DNA of 59,993 bases, filler included, from Bipalium vagum (taxonomy: Eukaryota), in assembly GCA_037834085.1 (NCBI GenBank). It is 3 parts of 3 records of this genome, joined end to end, with 100 filler letters (N's around TTAATTAATTAA, not from the genome) between each part and the next. Parts side by side here need not be neighbours in the genome. Positions count along the whole stretch, not along the records: positions 1 to 17,774 come from JBBMKC010052298.1; 2 more parts are not named here. The stretch is one strand, 5' to 3'. Positions within the stretch are counted from its first letter, which is position 1. Each line of letters opens with the position of its first letter. Positions 1-12,681 of the stretch are shown here, in pieces. The position numbers were made by a program, and so were the translations under genes. The notes beneath the pieces are model-generated. The model saw only the letters and a list, made by a program, of their open reading frames with translations, was not told where the DNA came from and did no database searches.

Positions 1-46
1 AAACATGTTTTATAGCCTTTTTATGTCTTAACTTTTAATATTGGAC

Positions 47-106
47 CAACTTCTATTTTTGGACCACTTTTGAAATTCTGTGGTCCAAAATAGAAGTTGC
101 ACTGTA
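47..106. mobile_element. Right terminus of a TA-targeting Tc1/mariner/pogo-type DNA transposon with a subterminal inverted repeat
   Basis: Ends ...GTTGCACTG-TA (TA-CAGTGCAAC on minus). CAACTTCTATTTTTGGACCAC (47-67) is nearly the inverse of GTGGTCCAAAATAGAAGTTG (80-99). Confidence 0.6.
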
Positions 107-179
107 GTTTCATTCAAAATAAGTATTTGTTAATTACGTTAATATTTAATTTTTTCTGTGTAAAAACAGACGAATTAAT

Positions 180-977
180 AAATTTTATGAAGGAAAATGA
201 TGCTCTCAAGTGGAAATTAGACTGTAAAGGTTGCAATATGATGATGTTTCTGAAGAAAACGAAATATAGATGAGCTTGGTTAGAGATATTACAAAAAAGC
301 CTGCAAAAAAATTCTGGGAATCAACAAGAATAGGTTTTTTTTTGAAGAAACAGTCATAAAATTAATAATACTAATGAAACTAAATCTATTACTGGTTAAC
401 GGGTATGTTGCAATACAATATATTGAAATATGTTGATATTAAACCTACGGCTTCACATAAAGTAGTAGACATGTTAAGAAACAAAGTTAAGCTTCATTAT
501 CACATAAGTCCCTTTGGTTTAGGTGGACCTGTGGCAATTGTTCTAATCGATGAAACAATTCTTACCCATAAGGTTAAGGCGCACTGAGTAGAGGCCTAAA
601 CCCAGTTTAATTTAAACTAAAAGCATTTTAAAACTTAATTTAACATAAACAAAAGCAAAAAAATAAATAAAAATATTTAAAACAAGAATTTAAACAAGAA
701 CTTATGAAAGAAAATAGGCTGAATAAATCTTTGGAATTATTTTTAGTTTTATCATAAATTTATAAAACAGATTTTATTGAAAAAGAACTTCAAAAATAAA
801 AAGGCTTTGTCTCAGAACATCTTAGATTGCTTTAAAAGTTAAAAACTTATCATAATATATGACAAAGTCAATGCCCATTAAAAACTTAAATTAAAAAGAA
901 TTTTCTCGATTTTGATTGGTCGAAATTTCTTTTTGGAATAAAATTGAAATTGTGATTCCGTGATTCCTATTAATACC
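180..977 (+). mobile_element. Decayed Merlin (IS1595/IS1016-like) transposon remnant
   Basis: ORF 405-587 reads GLGGPVAIVLIDETILTHKVKAH, matching the GGPGxxVEIDET...KxHRGR motif. Possible GG-starting TIR ends at 977 (GGTATTAATAGGAATCAC on minus). Confidence 0.7.
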
Positions 978-1456
978 GATAAATTAGAAAGATTATTTGT
1001 TGTGATAAAATAAAGGGGAAAATTAATCAAATTTTAGTTTAAATATTTCAAAAATAAAATTCAGTTTTAATGAGAATTGTTTTAATAAATTCGAAAAATT
1101 TTAATTCATAAAATTAAACGAAATATTTTACAATGGGATAAACTTTTGAAAAATTAACTATTTTAATTTTAATCTATTTTTTAATTCCCAATAGAAAATT
1201 ATTTTAAATTTTTTTTCGTTAAATAAAAATATAAAAAATCCCTCAAGATTTTCCAAAAAAATAAAATACAATTTAATTTGACCTTAACCTTAAAAATCAC
1301 AACTTTTGGTAACTTTCTTTTCAGTTGAATTTTTTAATTAACCTTTTTCTAGAGAATAACACCACTTTTAATTAAAATCTAATTCCAAAAATGAATTTAA
1401 TAAAGGTGCAAAAGGTAAAGGTTAACATTTTAAAAATCAAGTACTACTGAAAATTA

Positions 1457-2400
1457 CAGGGTGATTAGAAAAATCTGGGCAACATTAAAAACAAATCATT
1501 TGTGTATATTGACTCAATTTTTTATTTAAAACGACATCAACGAAATCAACGACAACAACAAATATAGCTATTCATTCTCAAAAAGTCTACCCTTGACGTC
1601 AAGGCACTTTTCAATCGTTTTGGGCCATTTTTATCGTTTTTATTCATTGCTTTACTGGTGGTTTACATTGGTATCTCTTTCTTCTTATTGACTAAACTTT
1701 CCTTCTGTGCATATATTGAGTTACGCGGCTTTGAGCATGGATTCGACTCTAAAATACCTAGATCGAGTAGTCCATCAAGTTAATATCAGGAGAGATTGGA
1801 GACCAACCACCAATCTGACGTTTGGCACTGATGTTGACTTTGATGAAATCAATGTGGTTTTATCGAGCATGTTCGGAATTTCCTCAACCGTGTGTGACAG
1901 TACACCAGTCTGCATAAAATTCAAAATTCGATTGGACTTTTCGATCGCGTCCATAGGAAAAGTTTTTAGCTCAAAATTTCTAGATACTACTCCTTATTAA
2001 CCCTTTTGGATGAAAAGGTTTTTATTGATGGCTGATGATTAAATTTTCAAGAGAAAGAGGCTGTACTCGACTGTTTTGTGGTTGTAATTCTGTGTAATGT
2101 TGAACAAAAACTTTTCATCCATAAGCATAACAGGTCTGTGTTAATTTCCGAAATCTTGTCAACAGCCTCTTGCTTCAATTAGACTCTTTTCCATTGCAAT
2201 GTTGTTCAAAAGCTCTCTATATACTATTTTTCTGGGATTCATCTGAAGATCTTTTCTTTAAATCCTTTGCACGGAACTTGCGCCATCTTATAACACTAAA
2301 AATTCTGGTTTTTAATCACCTTGTACACAAAGATTTATTGAAACAGAACCATCCAAGTCTTCTCTGATCAATGTTCTTATTGTTAATTTTTTCTATTGAT
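1457..2400 (-). mobile_element. Decayed IS630-Tc1-mariner element, maT/DD37D-like
   Basis: Minus-strand fragments FMQTGVLSHT (FQQDGAPxH), WSPISPDINLMDYSI* (WPPxSPDLNPLDYSIW) and C-terminal KCLDVKGRLFENE*. TA-CAGGGTGA terminus at 1455. Confidence 0.75.
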
Positions 2401-3089
2401 CGTAATTTGAATGAAAAATCAAATCTTAATATCAAATGATTCGAAATTGAGACTTCGCGAAAAATAGAAAAATGTGATTAATAATTCAATCAATATTTCA
2501 ATGCAAATCAATTATCTGTGATCGATCTATAAAATTCCATGATAATTAATAATTAATTTCTAACTTTTTAAATTATATTTTTATCATGGTTAAACTTCGA
2601 TATCACTGTAGGTCTTTTGTCCAGGTTAATTTAATATGTATGAATTTAATATTTCTCATGTTATTCAATTTATTTTAGAATCCAGACTTACAGAGTGATT
2701 TTTTTCATAAGCGGAGCGACCAATATCGTTAAATTTAATTAACATACTATATAGTTACAAAAGTACAGCAAAAAAATTAATATTTCTTTGAGATTAAATT
2801 AATCATTTAAAACAAAATGCTGCAGTTATGTCGAATGATATATCATATATGGAACGATACATCCCGTTAGTCTATTCTAACAACAACATTCACTAACTCG
2901 GTGCAAAAATCGGTTGACTTAAAATTTATTATTTAATTCGAGTCTATTGAAATACTTTCAAATTAAAAGTTATACATTTATGTATAAATTAATACAGCAT
3001 TTTCCGCCCGATAATTTAATAGTTTCTTGTTTAAGTGCATTAATACATTTAAATTTGTTTAAGGAAATGTAAAATAAAAAATGAAATCA

Positions 3090-3640
3090 AATTTTGTCAC
3101 ATTCTGCGAAAGCAACAAGAAGCGTAATCCAAACATATGGTTATCAAACAATCTCAGAATATTTAGCTAGATTTAAAGATGAAGAGGATCGAGAATGTCC
3201 ATCAAGAATTAATGATTTTCAAATGCAAAAACTTTTATTGACACAGCTCACAGAAAATCACAGTGGAAATTGCAAGACATCAGCATGGATGATATTAAAG
3301 TTCTTCGATACATAAATAAAATTGGACAGATGACTTCCATAAGATTTGACTGAAGATCAAAGAAATTATGGTTATGAAATGTGCAAAAACACTTTGTTTC
3401 TGAAATACCGAAACACAGTGAATATTCATCAAAAGAAGCTGTTAGTGAGTGTTTTGTGTTCTTGTGTAGATGTGATTCATTATGAATACATGAAACAGGG
3501 CTTATTAATTTCAACAGAAATATATGCGGTAACCAACTGGGCAAAACGATGCAAAACTTTAAAGAAGAAAATCCTCGGTTGGTCGGTAACTAACTTCTAT
3601 TTTATTGCATTATAACCAGAGATCGCACATTGCACAAATG
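3090..3640 (+). mobile_element. Decayed mariner (DD34D) transposase remnant
   Basis: KLDR*LP*DLTEDQRN (KLDxWVPHELT) and HQKKLLVSVLCSCVDVIHYEYMKQG (HxKKVMxxVWW...IHYExLxxG). Confidence 0.75.
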
Positions 3641-3827
3641 ATTTTATAAGTTAAATAAATATTATGGTGAGTCATAGCTCATAAGTAATTTCTTTTTTGT
3701 TTAACTATTTCAGAGTTATTTATTATATAGTTAAAAATCTTTAAGTTAATTTTAATGGTAATTAAATATTCAAAAAGCAGATAAATGAACTGGTGTAAAA
3801 TAATATTTTACTTCAGTTCTAATAAGT

Positions 3828-4300
3828 ATGGAAAGAATCGAAACTCTGACACTCCTTCGACATTATTGGAAACAAGATATCAGTGCAAGTGAAGCGGCTG
3901 AAAAAATACGAAGTGAAATATAATGATGTATCAACTAGTATTGCTCACATGTAGTTTAAAAATTTTAATCACTGTGATAGAAATTTTTATGATCAACCAC
4001 GTTCCGATAGACTTGTCAAAATGAATTTGGAAAAGCTACTCAAATCATCTGAAGATAATCCATCGACTAGAAGACCGTCTAACAAACTTAAAGGGTTCCA
4101 GAGAACAGTTGTCCAATATATGAAATATATCTGTCACGTCAACATACGCTAAAGAGAAGTATCTCAAGACTCAACAGAAAATCAAACAAAGAGACGCATT
4201 GAAGTATGCACTAAATGGTTTGAAAATTCTCGTGATGACTGTTTTATTCTCAAAATTGCTACCTCAGATGAAAAAAATGATCTACCTTATCAAGCCTGAC
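3828..4300 (+). mobile_element. Second decayed mariner remnant (N-terminal HTH to first catalytic D)
   Basis: MERIETLTLLRHYWKQDISASEAAEKI...DQPRSDR...TENQTKRRIEVC...IATSDEK, interrupted by stops and frameshifts. Confidence 0.75.
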
Positions 4301-4481
4301 AAAAAAATACTTATTTTACTTCGTTCATCATTATTTCATAAAAAAGAAATTACTTGTGACACCCTAATATTTATCAATTGACCTCGACTAAGTGATATGT
4401 GCACGTAATCTATTTGTTTAAACTATAAATTTGTTAAGAATGTCGAAGTTTATGTTTATTTTTCTAATTTATTTAATTTAC

Positions 4482-4694
4482 CATTTCAAAATCATTACAG
4501 ATATATCAAGAAAGAACCTTTGTTCAGAGGTTAAAGCTTTAGGATTCGATCCCACTGATAATGAGCTCAAATCGGCATTTTTGTTTGTAGCATCTGTTGA
4601 TTCATTTGATGGATCTTCTTCTTTCCCTGTTAACACTGAAAGAATTTTCCTGGCTTCAACAGCACAGGAATTATCCGGATCTCTTTTCTTCATC
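4482..4694 (-). CDS. CFAP46: CFAP46 exon 7; downstream exons not found in window
   Basis: TTTTTAG acceptor, GTAAAT donor, phase 2-2. MKKRDPDNSCAVEARKILSVL...RFFLDISVMILK. Confidence 0.75.
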
Positions 4695-4753
4695 CTAAAA
4701 ATTAAAAATCCATACATGGAAAAAGTGACTTATATAGATTCAATTCTACTAAC

Positions 4754-4972
4754 ATTTTCAGCTTACACAATCTGATGAAGATTTGCATGGAGACACTGTT
4801 TTTCGTGTACCATTGATATTTTTCCATGGTTCCAATGCCATTAGAAATGATTGTTGAAAGGAACTCCTTCAGCAAATTTGGAGAGTGTTTTATTATGAAG
4901 TTTGCTGTAGAATCCAAAATTTGAGAGATTTCCTTTTTGTGACCAGCGTCAATGTGACTTTGCAATAATAAT
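4754..4972 (-). CDS. CFAP46: CFAP46 exon 6
   Basis: Phase 2-2, followed by a 59-nt GTTAGT...TAG intron. LLLQSHIDAGHKKEISQILDSTANFIIKHSP resembles recalled human [32 protein letters not shown]. Confidence 0.85.
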
Positions 4973-6139
4973 CTTAATTTAAAAATAGTTCTTATAACTC
5001 CTTACAATAATAATAATCATAGTAATAGTAATAGTAAAAATCAGTATCATAATCATAATAATAATCATTTTATTAGGAGAGTGCATTAATCTTAAACTTC
5101 CTAAGCAACTTTTAATATTTCTTTTATAACACATTAAAATCAATCAAAGTATTTTCCATCGTTAAAATTGACTTGTCAATAAATTTGTGAACATGAATAT
5201 ATTCCGTGGTCTTTAAATTATTTTTCTTTGAAACAAAATCAATGTTGAACATCTTTGGACAAATTGAATTGCATATATTCCAGAGAAAGTGCCATTAACC
5301 TTAAATATTTATTTAAACAAATATCATTTCTAAACCTATATAAACTTACATTAGATATTTAGATATTTAAAATCAATTGCTATTTTGACTTTATTAAAAA
5401 TATAACTAACGTTATTGATTATTTTAATTTTAATCCGGAATTAATGTACACTTCTAATAATGATAGTAAAAATATTTTTGTTATTTCTTAATATTTTAAA
5501 ATATCTTTTTATTTCATCCAAAATTCAGCTTGTTATTTTTTTTTAATTTATTTAAAATTCTTTCAGATCAGTGATCTGTAACAGCGAAATGATATAATTT
5601 CTTTTATTGACTGACAAAAAATAGAACCAAAATTCCGAAATGTTTTTTCAATTATTTTTGCAGAATGTCTCAAAATTATGACAATATCATTTTTTCTGAT
5701 TTTTGAAAAAGATTTTTTATGATAAAAGAAGAAAATGATTCTTCAATAAAGACTTGGATGTTTTCCATATTGAAACATCTCCTTGGAACAACATAAAAGT
5801 TATTGAAATATTGAGAAGAAATAGTCAATGGGAAAGGCGGGTTATTATGGTAGGAATTGATCGGAGACTGTCAGACTCTCTCATTTATTGCTCGGAATTT
5901 TATTGCTCAATAAATCAAAATACACGGAAATTTTTGTAAAAAATTATAATATATTATTTTCATTGCTTTGATCGAGAAAGCACATTTATAACTTTTATTA
6001 ATCGATTCTCTGATCAAAGGTCTTGGGCCTTAACCGTTCACCAAATAGAGAAACCCAAGTGAGCTACAGCTGTGGATATCAGAAAACGTCCAGGTTTTAA
6101 TACCTGATTTAGTTGTTTATTGATCTGATTTATTCTATT

Positions 6140-6650
6140 TTCCCGTAATATGTTTTCGATCGGGAAAATTATAGATTACAGAACTTTGTAAAGGACAATT
6201 CCAAAAGTGTATGTGTATAATAATAGAATCAAAACCAGTTCCTTACTAATATCAAATTAATATACGTAAATTAGTACAAATATGAATCAAGGTTGTCACA
6301 GATGCTTCGGTAGATGTTGGAAATATTATTATTTTTTTTATACAGGATACTATGAAGTGACTTACAGCTTTATTCATTATTAACAAAAGAACCCGTTTAT
6401 ATCTTATTCTATTATGGAAATCAAATTTCTGCACTTATTCTGTGTTTCAAAAAATCCAATAAATGATATATGTGTTGTGAATAAACTAATTTTATTATAT
6501 CCCTTATCAGAAAATAGTTCAAGGGAGTTTTCTCTGAGTCTTTGGTTGACAATAAATAGCTCTTCTTATGCCAATAAACGTCATTGTTTGGGTGTTCATT
6601 GTTTCAAAAAACATTGAAAGCTAATAAAAATGATGGTTTGTCAAAAACAT
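6140..6650 (+). mobile_element. Heavily decayed Gypsy-like gag/pol fragments
   Basis: ICFRSGK (zinc-knuckle-like), VVTDASVDVG (RNase H TDAS) and SENSSREF (integrase-like) occur in Gypsy order. Confidence 0.35.
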
Positions 6651-6876
6651 TCAAAATTTGTTCCTTTAATGTTCAAAAAGATTTAGTCTGTCGTATTTCC
6701 TGAAGAGGTAAATAAAATGTGGTACATAATTAATTAGACCCCTCTGTTTCAATAATTATATATAATATTTTCCATATAAATAGATAACATTTATGCACTT
6801 GCTCGTGCATGTTTAATATGTATTAAAAATATTTCAAGGTCACTTTGGAAATTCAGTAATAAACATCTTTTAAAAA

Positions 6877-8138
6877 CAAGTGGAGCATAATTATAAGACT
6901 ACCTCATATTTTTTATACAGTAAGAATTTTTATTTATATACATATATTATGATAGTTACACATTGATTATAAAGGTTAGATAATTTTTAAAAATGCCATT
7001 ATCAACCAAACTAGATTTAGAAGAAAATAAGAAAATTTTGGATTAATTCAAGAAAGGATGGAATCATCGCAAATTTTCTAAAGCAGTCACTAATTTCTAG
7101 CAAGATCCAATAAAATTGAGGCTGTTAAGAAACGCGGACCCAAAAGAAGCTAAGTGTTTGTTCCAGATGCTTAATTTGTCGAGAACCCATTAACAAACTC
7201 ATCTCCAGTCGTGTTATTGTTGCAAATCTATACTTAGAAGTAAACGTTAGACTGTGAATCGTGCCATAAAAGATTCAGACATTCATAAGATTTCACCATC
7301 TCTGACTGACGTTCACATTCAAACCAGACTGAGTTGGGCTAGAAACTATAAAACCTGGAACAAAAAAAACAGAATATTGTATGGTCCCATAAAAAAAGAT
7401 TAATTTCTCATATTACTGGCATAACTTGCGAAAAAAGAAATTGCTTTTTACGAATCATGCTCAAGCTGATGTCAGTATCATGATATTGCCGCTTTTGGGA
7501 CCTATGGTCAGACTGATATTTGTTTTTTTGAGAATAAGCTAAGCGCAATAACCTATCAAAATGTATTGAAGAATCATCTTTTGGGCATTGGTAAGAAGAT
7601 TGGTGGTCAAAAATGAAAATTTCAGCATGATAACACATCATTCCGTAAAGCCAAAGTCAATATTTCTTGGTTTAAAAGTCAAAGAATCAATGTTCTCAAA
7701 TAGCCTTCACTATTCCCGAATTAAATCTCAGCTAAAAATTATTGGGTTTGGTTGTTAGGAAATTTTACGCCGATGGAAAGTAATTTTTTCAACAAAAAAT
7801 CTCCATAATTCAAGTTTTGTCTAAAGTGACTGACATTAATCGTCAACAATTAATAAATTCGATGCCAAACAGGTTGTATGAAATAATTCATCAGAATGGA
7901 GCTAAAACTATTTATTAATTTCTATTATAATTTGTTTTTAATAAAAATTGTTGAGTGGTCTTATAAATTTGCACCAATAATATTTTATAATTTTCATATA
8001 GTACATAAATCAAATAATTACGTTATTGAAATTTTACCAGTAGCCTGGCACTTATCTAAAATAATTAATATTGTAATAAAATATATTAGAATTTTTTTAC
8101 CTGAGATATATGTGGTTTTATAATTATGCACCACAATG
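6877..8138 (+). mobile_element. Near full-length decayed Tc1/Tc3-like element with TIRs, in CFAP46 intron 5
   Basis: Left GTGGAGCATAATTATAAGAC; right GTTTTATAATTATGCACCACAATG-TA; inner repeat copy near 7955. Transposase relics MPLSTKL..., TRLSWARNYKTW, FQHDN and a degenerate WPSxSPDLNPIENLW. Confidence 0.8.
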
Positions 8139-9013
8139 TAGATTATTCAAAGTGAAAAATCTTGGCTTTTTGAAAAAAATATTTCTTTTTTTAATAGAAA
8201 AATAAATTTTAAAAATGTTCTTATTCTGTTAGTGTACAAATTTATTAAGCTACTTAACGGACATAGTTTATTATTGGTCTTTTTCATCATCTTTATGATG
8301 TAGTGTTATGACATTAACATTTTATCTAGAACATTATTCTTGTTATTTAGTCAAAATTATTATTTTCATGTTTATTTTTCAGCTTAATATCGTCGGTATA
8401 TTCATAATAATAATTATTATTATTCTGTACTATAATATTAGGTGCCCAAATAAGTTCTTGCCGATTTTATTAAATAGTTCATTATTTACTCCTCAGAAAA
8501 TCAATATTTTTTATTAGATTACTTTAAATCAAGCATGTAATTTGATATTAAAAATATTAACTCATTTAAATGTTTTTATATTTTATATTTTTTACATGTG
8601 AATGTAATAAAAAGATTGTACAATTTAATAATTTTAAAAAGATGTATAAAATTTTAATGTCATAATTTAGATTTTCTATGGATTACCAATTAAAATTTAT
8701 AATTTATAATTTGAAGAGATATTTTTGTTGTATTGAAAGTTTCCTCTTCCCAATAGGTCAAACTATTACTTATTAAGATATTAAGGTTTAGGTCTATAGT
8801 TTAATTTTGCCAAACAAATTATCCCACCATTAAATTTTAATTTATTGATATAATTTAATTATAAAAGTTGATCATTTAATTATTGATTTAATTAAAGTTC
8901 TATATATTGTTATAATTAATATTTAACTCAAAGGCTTTAATAATAATAATAATAATACCTTCCATAATAATATAATAAGTATTATAAAAGAATCCTTTTT
9001 AAGATTATCTTAC

Positions 9014-9178
9014 AGCATCAGCTGAGCCCGCCATTCCACATTTGAATCGTTGACGTCTTCGAGAGCTTTGCAAATTTCACTGAGAGATTTCGATAAGTAC
9101 TGAGAATAATTTTTGCGAATATAATTCCGAACGATTTCGTAATACACCAACGAAGAATTGTAAACCAGATAATAAAAC
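9014..9178 (-). CDS. CFAP46: CFAP46 exon 5
   Basis: TTTAG acceptor, GTAAGA donor. RFYYLVYNSSLVYYEIVR...SLSEI...EWRAQLML versus recalled human RYYFLVYNASVLYWQMVR...SLSQI...EWRAELML. Missing from the ORF track. Confidence 0.92.
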
Positions 9179-9966
9179 CTAAATAAAAATTCGGTTTTAA
9201 TTCCGAATATATAATAAATATTTTTCTTTTTAATTCATATAATATAGACAGTATTTATAATAACAACAATATAATTTTATTATTTTCTTTAAATAATATT
9301 ATCGTACTTGTGATTTATAGTCATAATATATTTGAAAAAAATGATACCAATTAATTAATAAATATAATAATTAAAATAACTGATAAATTAAAAATAATTA
9401 AAATATTCGGGAAAAATTGATTGGAAGAAGAATAATAGCCGGTCAAAAAGAGAGTTCTCATTTAGACTTAAAATCACAAAAATTGTAGAAAAATTATTTT
9501 AACTTTAATAATATAAATTTTTTATAGTATTATTTCAATGGTTTAATAATAATAATAATAATTTTATTGGAAATAATTAAATTTATTAATGATTTTTGTT
9601 AACATTGTGGTAAATGTAGTCAATTATTTTTTTAATATATTTGTGATTATAGAATCTGTTCTTTATATTCTTAATTCGAAACATGTTAACATAATAATAT
9701 TATTATTATTACTAATAATTATTGTTATTATTGATTAATAATCAATATATATTAATAAATAGTTATAAAAAAATCAATATGCAACGATAATAATAGAGAG
9801 ATATGAGATAAATTAATATGTTTTATTCTATTTTCAGAATATTTTTCAGCTCTCATACTGAAAATTTACCAAAGCTCTTTTTGTAAGACAATTTTTTTTA
9901 GAAAAACAAAACCAATGGCTTCTCAATCTCTGAAAGAAACGTTTTTGAAAACTCACAATTTCGAAC

Positions 9967-10031
9967 CTTTTATCTTTCTTCGCCAAATGGACTGCTTTCA
10001 GTATGTGGCCGATAGGCTTGTCCAAAGACAT
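9967..10031 (-). CDS. CFAP46: CFAP46 exon 4
   Basis: MSLDKPIGHILKAVHLAKKDKR (human YMKAINFAKGEPR). The phase-2 donor AG|GTTCGA is needed to join exon 5 in frame. Confidence 0.8.
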
Positions 10032-10082
10032 CTGAAGACGATAAGTTTTATTAAAATATGCAGAAGATTCTATGAGGCCAAC

Positions 10083-10214
10083 TTCATCATCGAATCTTGC
10101 TGGCTTCATTAACTGTGACTGGACAAGGTAAGCACGCGCCAAGACTGAACTTTCCTGTGGATCTAAAGAAAAATAGAGCCCTATGCAACTATTGGCCATG
10201 TCTTTCATTTCGTT
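10083..10214 (-). CDS. CFAP46: CFAP46 exon 3
   Basis: CACTTAG acceptor. NEMKDMANSCIGLYFSLDPQESSVLARAYLVQSQL (human EDCIQMYF...FLGRAHLCRAQM). Confidence 0.85.
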
Positions 10215-10261
10215 CTAAGTGAAAATTCAAAACAATTCTTTTAGTTTAATTAAAGCCTTGC

Positions 10262-10386
10262 TTTGAGACAGATTTCTGAAAGAATTACACACATCTCAGT
10301 TGCTTGTTCGAAAGATTCATTAATATTTCTTTTGTTTAAAATCCCACTTAATAATTTATATGCCTCTGATAAGTTTTGTTCACAAC
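10262..10386 (-). CDS. CFAP46: CFAP46 exon 2, probable GC donor
   Basis: NLSEAYKLL...EMCVILSEICLK (human SLKKAYELI...DLFVLCAEQALK). Ends AAA|GCAAGG. Confidence 0.8.
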
Positions 10387-10425
10387 CTATTTTATTTTAA
10401 AACATTTCATATTGCATATATGTAC

Positions 10426-10474
10426 CTGAGGAACTTTTCTGACTTAAAATCACCAGGTTTTTAATATTATCCAT
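10426..10474 (-). CDS. CFAP46: CFAP46 exon 1 (start codon)
   Basis: ATG at 10474, MDNIKNLVILSQKSSS, CAG|GTACAT donor, 39-nt intron, phase 1 matches exon 2. Confidence 0.8.
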
Positions 10475-10497
10475 GATTTATATTTTATATTATTAGT

Positions 10498-10511
10498 GTT
10501 ACTATGAAAAT
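10498..10511. promoter_or_regulatory. Candidate RFX X-box upstream of CFAP46
   Basis: Minus-strand ATTTTC-AT-AGTAAC fits the relaxed X-box RYYNYY-WW-RRNRAC and lies about 24 bp before the ATG of a ciliary gene. Confidence 0.5.
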
Positions 10512-11336
10512 GAATATTTAAACAAGGCATGATAAGATTTAACTATTTCGAAATCACTTAAAGATTAAATTTTAATAAATTTAAATATTTTTTCAAAATT
10601 AATGAGACTGTTTTTATCTAATTAAATGATGCATACCAGGAATAAAATTATCTTAATAAAAATATATAAATTTAATTTCTATTACTTCTAAAACTAATTT
10701 TTATCTTTCCCTAAGCCTTTTCTTTTCGTGATGTTAAAAGAAATTATGAACATAGTACAGTACAACCCACTTAATAACAAGACTTCTGTTACAAAGAAAA
10801 TCATGATTTTAACAGAGTCATGATACTGTCAAGAAACTCGTTTTGTATGTTGTGAAGATAAATGTTATGTGATTATTTTGATTCATGATTGTAAGAACAC
10901 TTTAATAACTTTTAGTCAGTGATTAGTAAAAGTTTTGATCTTAAAGTTGCACACCTGTATAAAACTAACAAAATAATTAGAAATAGGCGAAATTTCCATA
11001 AATTAAATATAAAATAAAACCAAATCAGCAAATGTAAAATGTCTGAAACCAAAATCATTTAAATGAGTTTTGTTTCTAGACTCTCTTTTTTGAACGTCAT
11101 CTTGGTATGATTGTTAAGATCATAAGATGCGTTAAATTGATGTTAAAATTGGAGCTTACTATGAAACTTAGGTCTTAAGGAGTGTTCGCTTAATCTGTTC
11201 GCTCATTTATGTGCTCGGTTAAAATAACTAAGAAAACGATTTGACTTTTAAATACTTTTATTTTGTTCAAAATAAAGTTACAAATACGTGATATCGGTTC
11301 TGACTGATTTAGAATGATTTAAATAATTATGATTAT

Positions 11337-11574
11337 TATCAGGTTGTGTAGTATGAAATTTGTAGGTAATGAAATTGCCAACTTTAATTGTTGTTTATTT
11401 GTTATCGGCTTGATATTTTACCACTCTGTTTTTTGCATTGGTAAATTATATATCTGTCTTGTTTGAAAATATCATTTTAATCTGATAAAGTATAAATCAA
11501 TTGTTTCTTTTATTTGTAATTTATTAATAAACTTTGTTTTTCATTTTACAAATTTCATACTACACAACCTGATA
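11337..11574. mobile_element. Mariner-type MITE with perfect TIRs and TA target duplication
   Basis: TATCAGGTTGTGTAGTATGAAATTTGTA (11337-11364) is the exact inverse of 11547-11574 (28 bp including TA). It resembles Mos1-type TIRs. Confidence 0.9.
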
Positions 11575-12254
11575 TTTAAGAAACATCCTCTCGCTCTTAG
11601 GCTCAGAGGTCCTCGATATAAGAAGAAAAATATACTTCTGTGTGATATATACTGTGTGAAGTAAAAACAGTAAAAAGAAAAAGTAATAGGAACGGAAATT
11701 TAAAAATTAAAATAATCCCCAGGTCCTGGCCTGAGTATTTATTTAATTAATTAGGACAAACTGTGTCTTGTCTAACAAGACACACCTGTTTAATAAAAGA
11801 AATGAAGATCGATGATAGTTTTGTGAACCTTTGGTTCCTAGCTAGTTTTTGTTATTATGTTATTATTATATATATACTTAATAATAAAAAATTTGTTACA
11901 ATGATGTAACAAGTTATGAATAAAATTGTGGCAAAATAATTATACAATCGAATAATTTGTTACGAATTCAGTTTTTTTATATATATCAACTTCGTTAATT
12001 AAATTGGTACTAGAAAAAATTAATATTCAGACACTTAATACTTGGTTATTAAACGATGCAAATAAGAATAAGTTAATACTATTCAAAACAAAACTTTATT
12101 ATAAAACTTTGATACATAAATGTAACAAGTTGAGAAGATAATAAAATTTACTTTTTAAAAATTAGCATAAAAATATTGATCGTAGATTCTTTTCGTTTGT
12201 TTAGGCTCTTCTTTTTTGCTCTTCTTCTTTTTTTTCAACTGGGTGTTTCTTTTA

Positions 12255-12430
12255 TAGATAAAATACGGTGGGCTGTTGCACTGTAGGTTTAGGTATGATT
12301 TGAATTTTTTTGTGGAGGTCTGCTTTGCTTATTTCAAAGGCTTTTTTGTAGATAAAATACGTTGGATTGTTTCAATGTAGGCTTAGTTATGAATTGAATT
12401 GCTTTTGTGGTGATCTGCTTGATTATTTCT
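12255..12430. repeat. Diverged ~94-bp tandem duplication in a decayed minus-strand ORF
   Basis: TAGATAAAATACG...TGTAGG...TTGTGG..TCTGCTT..TTATTTC at 12255 and 12349. Confidence 0.7.
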
Positions 12431-12681
12431 CTGCTTTGTCTGAACTCGTTTGACCTAGGTTAAATTTTTTTGTTTCTGTTTTTCTTGTAATTTCTGTTTT
12501 CTTTTATACTATTCTTTTTTCCTTCTTTTTATAATTAGTAAATTTATTTTCTCTAATATAATTCTGTTATCCTTCTTTTATCTATCTATATCTTATATAT
12601 AAAATAACCCTCGACAACTATTTATATTATTTGTTGGGTTTACCCAAAAAACCCACCCTTCGCGGATAAGAGTCGTCATAT

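Noticed and set aside
4431-4775. Plus-strand ORFs opposite real exons (also 9915-10112, 46512-46733)
   Set aside because: Antisense shadows of CFAP46 and Par-3 exons.
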